Assembly (NCBI GenBank): GCA_027452205.1
Contig: DAIDGV010000015.1
Coordinates: 11,111-75,110 of the forward strand
Direction of reading: 5' to 3'
DNA: 64,000 bases
Source: a candidate division FCPU426 bacterium
Lineage (GTDB): Bacteria > Oederibacteriota > Muellerivitia > Muellerivitales > Muellerivitaceae
How positions within the stretch are numbered: the first letter of the stretch is position 1; each line of letters opens with the position of its first letter. Positions 8,843 through 16,000 of this stretch are shown here, in pieces. Both the position numbers and the translations under genes were made by a program. Under the pieces are notes generated by a model. That model did no database searches. It saw only the letters and a list, made by a program, of their open reading frames with translations, and had not been told where the DNA came from.

Positions 8843-10840
8843 TTGAATTCTTTCCGTCGTTTATCTAAAAAAACCGTCATGCTTATCCTTTCGTCCCTTC
8901 TCTTGTCCCCTCCAGCCACTTGGGCCCTGAGACCCATCGAACATTATCACGATCTGATCGCGGGTGAACCTGAACCCGGATACCGGGATGGTTCCTTCGA
9001 ATCAGCCCTTTTTAACGGTCCTCAAGGACTCGCTCTGAACGGGGATGGCACCCGGCTCTACGTTGCCGATAAGAACAATAATTGTATTCGGGTCATCTTC
9101 AGGGATCAGAACAACCGGGTCGAAACCTTGGCCGGATCCTCAAAACCCGGGGATTCCAATGGTTCCCTTAAAGAGGCTTCCTTCAATAAGCCAACCTTAT
9201 TGACCTACATTGGTAATGACCAGTTGATCGTTTATGATTCGGGCAATTTTAAGTTCCGCTCGATCGATCTGGCAAAAGGACAGGTCACTGATCTGGCTGG
9301 CAATGGCAAACAAGGCGATGTGGATGGAAAACCCGCCGAGTGTTCCCTCAATGATATTTGGAACATGGTCTATCTAGCCACCGACAACGCGATCTTTTTT
9401 TCTGAGCCGAACAACTATCGTTTAAGGAAGCTCGACTTGGTCGACGACTCGGTCTCTTCGGTTCTCTTGAACGACACCAAGATCCTGAGGCCCGGGGCTC
9501 TTTGCCTTTATCAAGGCAGCCTCTGCATCGTTGATTCCGCAAGTTCCAACGTATTCAAGGCCGATATCGTCAAAAAAGTTTTTGATCCGATCGGCAATTT
9601 TGACGCCGGCGACAAAACCCTTTCAACAGTCACTGCCATCGCCGCCTCTGGCAAAGACCTTTACGGCGCCAGGCTAGGAGTGGCTCAGCCTTGGGTTCGT
9701 CTGCCAGGCAACATACCAGTTCGTTTTTTCGATATTTGGGGTCATGAACTCTCCCCCAAACTGGCTCCCGCAGCCTTCGTGAACCGCCAAGTCTTGGGCC
9801 TGCTTCCGGATCCAAACCATGAGAAAAAATTCATTTTCACGGGCAAATCCCTGTCTTGCGTCTCTTCTTTCAAGGACTATAACTTCGCCCCCGGCGAGGA
9901 CATTGGCACCTATAACGCTTCCGGGATGAGCGAATTCGATTACCCGGATAAAAAGCCTCCCAAAACCTTCCGCATCCTTATCGTGGGCAATTCCCTTTCT
10001 TATTCCATGACCTTCGCCGATCAACGGGCGGGCACCTGGAACCGCAGCCGGTCTTTTCCCAAAGAACTTGAACTGTTCCTGAACACCAAGGCGGCCCTGG
10101 AGGATAACCCGCTTAATTACGAGATCCTTTCCATCGGACACCCTGAAGCGAACGTCTCTTGTTTCATTTGGCCCTATTACGAAGTTCCGGACTTGGTCAA
10201 AAAATTCGACATCGACTTCGTGCTTTTCATCATGCCTACCCAGACCTCTTATTCCTGCAACTTCTATTTCCAGAACCCAATCACCGCCGAGGGCATTCCT
10301 TCCGCCAAGAGCGATCCTGAATACTTGCTAAAACCCTGGAAAGACAAGATCCCCGAGGGCATCCCTAAGGATTTCTACGAAAAATGCCTGACCCATAATT
10401 GGGTCAAACCGGCCTCAAAAACCCAGTTGGATTTCCAGCCGACCCAAGTCACTTTGACCGATCCCGCGGTCAAAGAAGATGTGCTCGAGTTATTGAGCAA
10501 GCCGATCAAGATGCTGGCGGACAAATTGAAGGTCTTGAAGAACAGCGAAGGAAAACCCGTGGACTACCATATGTTCTTGATCTTCAGGGACGAAGTGAAC
10601 CCGGCGACCGAGCTCCAGCGCAGCTTTTGGAAAGACATGGCTAAAAGGGACGATTTCCCTTTATATGACATGGTGGGCGATTTTTTAGCCTTCAAACCGA
10701 CCTACGAGGGAATGTATTCTTATGAGGATTGGCATTACAACGCCAATGGAACCCCACTTTATGTCCAATTAGTGGCTCACGAATTGCTGCGCCAGCACCT
10801 AATCCCTTTCCCCACACCCAAACCGGAGCCTTCCAAGTAA
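8843..10840 (+). CDS. secreted NHL-repeat protein with C-terminal SGNH/GDSL-like hydrolase-fold domain (paralogue of 30046..32031)
   Basis: Signal peptide. NHL repeats (GPQGLALNGDGTRLYVADKNNNCIRVI). C-terminal FRILIVGNSLSYSM (GDS-like block) and an ...EDWHYNANG (DxH-like) block. TTG start. Confidence 0.55.
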   Translation: MNSFRRLSKKTVMLILSSLLLSPPATWALRPIEHYHDLIAGEPEPGYRDGSFESALFNGPQGLALNGDGTRLYVADKNNNCIRVIFRDQNNRVETLAGSSKPGDSNGSLKEASFNKPTLLTYIGNDQLIVYDSGNFKFRSIDLAKGQVTDLAGNGKQGDVDGKPAECSLNDIWNMVYLATDNAIFFSEPNNYRLRKLDLVDDSVSSVLLNDTKILRPGALCLYQGSLCIVDSASSNVFKADIVKKVFDPIGNFDAGDKTLSTVTAIAASGKDLYGARLGVAQPWVRLPGNIPVRFFDIWGHELSPKLAPAAFVNRQVLGLLPDPNHEKKFIFTGKSLSCVSSFKDYNFAPGEDIGTYNASGMSEFDYPDKKPPKTFRILIVGNSLSYSMTFADQRAGTWNRSRSFPKELELFLNTKAALEDNPLNYEILSIGHPEANVSCFIWPYYEVPDLVKKFDIDFVLFIMPTQTSYSCNFYFQNPITAEGIPSAKSDPEYLLKPWKDKIPEGIPKDFYEKCLTHNWVKPASKTQLDFQPTQVTLTDPAVKEDVLELLSKPIKMLADKLKVLKNSEGKPVDYHMFLIFRDEVNPATELQRSFWKDMAKRDDFPLYDMVGDFLAFKPTYEGMYSYEDWHYNANGTPLYVQLVAHELLRQHLIPFPTPKPEPSK

Positions 10841-10856
10841 GGGTTCAAAAGCACTT

Positions 10857-11618
10857 TCAATGGCCCTTGCGGGCCGCCTTCTGATGGAAAACGAAGATAC
10901 ACCCCAGTATGAAAACCATTAGGGCGGCGCTGGCCGAATAACGGTCAAGGTTTAGCCCTCCATGGTCGACCGGCTTGTCCAAAAAATCGCCCAAGACCGC
11001 GCCCAAGGGCCGGGTCAGGATGAAGGCCGCCCAAAAAAGAAGGGTTCGGGAAACCTCAGTAAAGTAGTAAAGACTGGCGACGACACCTAAAAGCACCACA
11101 AAAACCCCAATACCGCCCAAGTAACCCATTTTTTCCGTGTCCGCCGTCCAATCGCCCAGGGCAGTTCCCAAGGTTTGGGAGAACATGATGGTCATCCAAT
11201 AGAAGATCTCGGTCTTTGGTGAACTAACGGTATTGATGGCAACCGATCCCAAGGTGAGATACCAAAGGGCCAAGGATCCCAAAAGCAAACTTAACAACAA
11301 GGTACTCCCTCCGGGATAACCAATACCGAGAGACCTATCGGCAAAATCGGCCATGGTAGTGCCGACCGTGGTCGTGGCGATAATCGTGAACCAATATATG
11401 ACCGGATGAAATCTTTTGGCCTTGATCTGGATCACTACCGTGATCAGGAAGATCGCCGCGAAGATGATCGTCCCCACCAAATAACCCAGGTTCATGGACA
11501 TGGTGACTGCGTCGCCCGCGGTCTCTCCTAAAGTGGTAGCGGCGATCTTGATGGCCCAAAAAAGCAGGGTCAATTCGGGAACTTTACTCAACACGTTATC
11601 GCTCTTGGTCTCGGCCAT
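10857..11618 (-). CDS. DUF347 / COG4705-family membrane protein (four tandem 2-TM repeats)
   Basis: Four internal repeats, each with a conserved Trp and an LGxxxGD motif: LLFWAIKIAATTLGETAGD, IYWFTIIATTTVGTTMADF, IFYWMTIMFSQTLGTALGDW, LLFWAAFILTRPLGAVLGDF. Confidence 0.55.
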   Translation of the reverse strand: MAETKSDNVLSKVPELTLLFWAIKIAATTLGETAGDAVTMSMNLGYLVGTIIFAAIFLITVVIQIKAKRFHPVIYWFTIIATTTVGTTMADFADRSLGIGYPGGSTLLLSLLLGSLALWYLTLGSVAINTVSSPKTEIFYWMTIMFSQTLGTALGDWTADTEKMGYLGGIGVFVVLLGVVASLYYFTEVSRTLLFWAAFILTRPLGAVLGDFLDKPVDHGGLNLDRYSASAALMVFILGCIFVFHQKAARKGH

Positions 11619-11639
11619 TCCTTCTCCAGTACCGGATCC

Positions 11640-12674
11640 TTATTGTCCCAACACCAGCAATCGGAACGTTCCGGGAATGACCTTGCGATGGGGTTTTCCT
11701 TTGGTTTTCGAGTCTTGGTGTTGTTCCACGGTCTTGGCTGTCGGCAAGAATATATGCCCTGTCTTCGCGTCAAAAGCCAAGGTGCGAGCCCCCGGTTCGG
11801 TCGTAACATTGCCGACCAAGGTGAAATGATCCGGCGCGTCTTCATGAACAACGGTCAAAGTTCCATCCCCATTGGAAACGAATACATTAGCTAAAGCGGG
11901 GTCAAAACAGGTTCCGTCGACATGTTCACCGATGGGAAAGGTCTGTATCACTTTTCCGTTTAAAGCACTCATGATTACCAAGGTCTTGTTACGGCATCCA
12001 CTAAAGAGCAGGTTGTTCTGAATGTCCATCGACAGCCCTGAGGGTGAATCCCCGGGAGCCAAGGGCCAACGGGCAAGGACCTTCAGGGTCTTAGCGTCAA
12101 GCTTGATGATCTCACTGGAACTTTCCAAATTGTCATAAAGGACACCCTGTCCGTCACTAACCGCCACTTCGGGCGCGGCCTTCAGGTCGATGGTCTTGAC
12201 CAGTTCGTCCTTTTTCGGATCGATGATCGTCGCGTTCTTGCTGTCACCATCGAAAGTAAGGACCATACCTGTGGACTTGTCATAAAGGATGACATCCGTA
12301 TCCGCATAGGTCTTGATCTCGGCCAAACGTTTGAACGTCTTCAGGTCGAAGACCACCACGCTACCCGGGTCACCGCTGGTGGCGTAACCCTTCCCCAGTT
12401 CGGACAGGACCACTACTCCATGGGGACGGGGTACATTCTCAACGGCTCCAATGAGTTTGTAAGTGTCCGCGTCGATCACTTGGACGCTGTTGTTATGTGT
12501 CAGATAGACCCGTCGTGCGTCGCTATCGACCGTTAAAAAGTCCCAACCATCATCCCCAGGCAAGGCCACCTTTTGAATGATCTTATAAGTCCCAGTCGTG
12601 TTTTGGGCCTGGCAATAACCGGTCAAGATCATCAAGAACAGCGATAAAACTTGGGCGTACCGATTCATGAACAA
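11640..12674 (-). CDS. secreted YVTN-family beta-propeller repeat protein
   Basis: Signal peptide, then repeated ~40-aa blades (RVYLTHNNSVQVIDADTYKLIGAV; VVVFDLKTFKRLAEI; LVIMSALNGKVIQTF). Confidence 0.6.
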   Translation of the reverse strand: MFMNRYAQVLSLFLMILTGYCQAQNTTGTYKIIQKVALPGDDGWDFLTVDSDARRVYLTHNNSVQVIDADTYKLIGAVENVPRPHGVVVLSELGKGYATSGDPGSVVVFDLKTFKRLAEIKTYADTDVILYDKSTGMVLTFDGDSKNATIIDPKKDELVKTIDLKAAPEVAVSDGQGVLYDNLESSSEIIKLDAKTLKVLARWPLAPGDSPSGLSMDIQNNLLFSGCRNKTLVIMSALNGKVIQTFPIGEHVDGTCFDPALANVFVSNGDGTLTVVHEDAPDHFTLVGNVTTEPGARTLAFDAKTGHIFLPTAKTVEQHQDSKTKGKPHRKVIPGTFRLLVLGQ

Positions 12675-12780
12675 CCTTTCCGGAACTGTTGTGTGATTCT
12701 ACGCATTTTAGACGCAAGGAGCCTTGCTTCGGGCTGGCCAAAGTTCGATAAATGGCATGTAAATGCAGAACAACAAAAAA

Positions 12781-12810
12781 GCCTGTCAGCGAAAGCTGAC
12801 AGGCTTTTGA
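12781..12810 (-). terminator. rho-independent terminator downstream of tRNA-Asp
   Basis: GCCTGTCAGC-gaaa-GCTGACAGGC, a 10-bp perfect stem. On the minus strand it is followed by TTTTTTGTTGTT. Confidence 0.6.
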
Positions 12811-12816
12811 TCTAAA

Positions 12817-12894
12817 TGGCGGGGTTGACGGGGCTCGAACCCGCGACCTCCTGCGTGACAGGCAGGCGCTCTAACCAAGCTGAGCTACAACCCC
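12817..12894 (-). tRNA. tRNA-Asp (anticodon GTC), CCA encoded
   Basis: The reverse complement is GGGGTTGTAGCTCAGC...CCTGCCTGTCACGCAGG...GGTTCGAGCCCCGTCAACCCCGCCA. It folds as a cloverleaf with anticodon loop CTGTCAC and closely resembles canonical bacterial tRNA-Asp. Confidence 0.9.
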
Positions 12895-13004
12895 TTGCAG
12901 GAGACGGAAAATGAAGGAAGGAACTTCCATCGCTTTGTCACGCCCTTGTAAGGGAAGCGAAACGAGGGCGTATAGTACCCACCCTTGTGGTTTTCGTCAA
13001 TACT

Positions 13005-13031
13005 TCAAGGGCCCTGAAGCTGGCCCTTTTT
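13005..13031. terminator. hairpin plus T-run abutting the stop codon of the giant gene (strong on the plus strand, weak on the minus strand)
   Basis: AAGGGCC-ctgaagct-GGCCCTTTTTCTT. Confidence 0.35.
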
Positions 13032-13032
13032 C

Positions 13033-16000
13033 TTAGGAAACCGGCTGGGGTTCCAACTCACCCGCTGGTTTTTCAAGTTTGAATTTCTTTACCGCGAAAC
13101 GGGACATAGTGTTCTTGAGGACACTCTTTGCCGAAATTTTGTACAAGTATTCGCCCACCGGCATCTTGGTAGCGTCCCAAATAGTGACAGCGTAGGCGCC
13201 GCCTTCTTTCTTTTCTTCTAATTTGGCCGCCAACCCGCCGGTCGCGTCGAAGATCTCCAGGGTGACGTTGCAGTCTTCCTTGAGGAAATAATAAAAACGC
13301 ACCGGGCCCGGCTGAGGTGGATTGGGCAAGATACCCAGGTCCTCAACGAAGGTAGCGTCGATCAAACCCTGATCAACGGTGACATTGATATCTTTCACTT
13401 TCAGCACCGGGAACTGATCACTGTGCAACCGGATCTCGTACTTACCCTCTTTGAGCATCGAAAAATTAAACTTACCTTCTACATCCGTCGCGCAGGAAGC
13501 GACCACTTTGTCGCCCTGGGCCATTTCAACTTTTGTCCCCTCGATGGGCGTCTTTCCATCCTTGCGGAGGAAATGACCGAAGACTTTACCCAGACGGTCG
13601 ATGATGATCTTACGGCTGGCGGCCAAAGCGCCGGGCTTCCCTTTTTTACTGACCGCCGCTACGTGAAAATACCAGGTACCTTGCGCGACATCTTTGAGGG
13701 TCACCATACGTTCAGTGGTAAAAGTGTCCTGGGGTGTCAGTGTTTCGACCGGATTCGCGCTTATCTTGTAGAAATAGCCTTTAGGCGTGAAGGATCCGTC
13801 ATGGCGGTCCTCCCAGGTAAAGACCGGCGATTGGTCATTGATGGCTTCCCCTTCGCGCGGGTGGGTGGGGCTGGCGATGACCGGTGGCGGCATCTCGCCC
13901 GCCGCGATCAGCACCAGGAAATGGGTCGGCGCGGAAAGATTGCCCGCTTTGTCCCGGGCGGTCACATGGAAGTACCAAGTACCCGGTTCATCGGCCTTCA
14001 CTTCTACCGAGGAACCCATCAGTTTGAGGGCGTTATCCGGCATAGGCACCGTGTCCGGCTTTTTATCGAACGAATGGTAGTAGCAATCGATGCCTGACAG
14101 TTTGGGAGCCGAATCGATCTTGATCTCGACCTGGGTCTCCGAATACCAGCGTTCCCGGTCCGGATGGCTGGTCGAAGCCACATGGGGCGCCTCGGGCTTT
14201 TGTACGTCGATCTTCACCTTGTAATGGGCCGTTTGTTCGCTGATATTTCCCGCCCGGTCCTTGGCGACCAAATGAAAGTACCAGACACCGCTTTCCTGTT
14301 TGGGGAGTTCCAGACGGGTTTTGTTGAGGAATATGCCGTTCTCACCGTTAAGCTTGGTATTGGGACTCAGGTCAAAGGCGTAGTAATAGCCCACAATACC
14401 CGTCGCGTCCGAGGGGGGCAGCCAAGTAAGCACCGGCAAGGGATTGGAGCTCCAATCGTCGCTGGAGTGCGTCGGGCTGGAAACCTGGGGTGTGCCTACG
14501 CTTGCGTCAGACAAACAGGCCGCCGTGGCATTACCCTCGAACTGCTCGTTCCCCATTTTGTCGACGGCGTGTACGGAATAATAGTAGACGGTGTTTTCTT
14601 GAAGCTGAGAGCCTTTGTCGATGTAAGAGATCTCTTTGACCTCGCCATCGGTCGAGACCAGCTTGGGTTTTTGGCTTTCGATCCAGCGATAGACCCGGTA
14701 AAAGTTCAAGCCGGACACCCGGTCTTCCGCCGGGGACCACTTGAGTTCAATATCCCCGCCCGCCAAGGGAGTCGCCTTCAGCTGGACCACCGGGGTTGGG
14801 GGCGCGATGTCGATGGAAACGGCCACCATCTCGGTTTCCGGATATTCTTCCACGTTGCCCGCGGCGTCCTTGGCCCGGCAACGGAAAGCGTAACGCATAC
14901 CATCCTGGCCCTGATAAGCAGCATTCTTGTTGTTCACATTGACCAGCCAATCAGTCCAAGCACCTGTCTCGCCCACCTTGACCTGCACGTCAAAAGCCAC
15001 CACTTCGCCGCTGGCGTCGGTAGCGTCCCAGTTCAGGGCCAGTTGGGTCTTATCCATCAGGGCCGGTAAACGAACCATGGTGGATTTGGGCGGGGTCATA
15101 TCGACCCAAATGGGGTAATGGGTGGCTTCTTTACTGACATTGCCCGCCTTATCCTTGGCGGCGATGTGGAAGTACCACTTTCCGTCCTTCAAGGCCGGAG
15201 CGGTCATAAAGGTGCGGTTGACCCATTCGCCGTTGCCCGGGCCAGGAATGGTATGTGGATGCTGGTCGATGACCACGTAATAGCCGTCGATGCCCGCCAT
15301 GTCCTGGGGCACTTCCCAGGTCAATTTGGGCGCGGCGGACTTGACCCAGCGATGAACCGGGTGGGTCAGGCACTTCACCACCGGGGCAACAGCGTTGGAA
15401 TCGATCATCATTTTGAAATGAGCCAAGGCGCCGATATTTTGGGCCTTGTCCTTCGCGCAAACATGGGCATACCAAGTGCCGTCTTCCGGCAGATTAAAGG
15501 TGACGCTCCGGCTAGTGGTCCAGGCCATCTCTTTAAGCGACGGCATCCAGTTCTCTTCCCGATTGAAGATCGTGTAATAGCCTTCGATGCCCGAAAGATC
15601 AATGGGATCTTTCCAGGTCAGTTCCACATGACGGCCCGCGAACCAGCGGTTCGGGTCCGGATGGGTGGGCGAGGTCAATTCAGGCGCTTCGACATGGGTA
15701 TCCAGGCGAACGGTGTAAACGGTCGACTCTTCACTGATGTTGCCTGCCTTATCGGCGCAAAGGACCGACAGGTAATGCTCGCCATCTCGGGGAATATCCA
15801 GATTGATCTCGCCCTTTTCGATATAGCTAGAGCCCTGAGCCGCCGGTTTCACCCGCGGATCGTCCGTAAAGGTGTAGTAATAACCTGCCACACCCGAAAG
15901 GTCGCTGGGCGATGTCAGTTGGAAGACCGCCTTGGTCTTGGAATACCACTCGTTCTGGTCCGGATGGGTAGAAGAAGTGATCGTCGGCTGGGACACTTTG

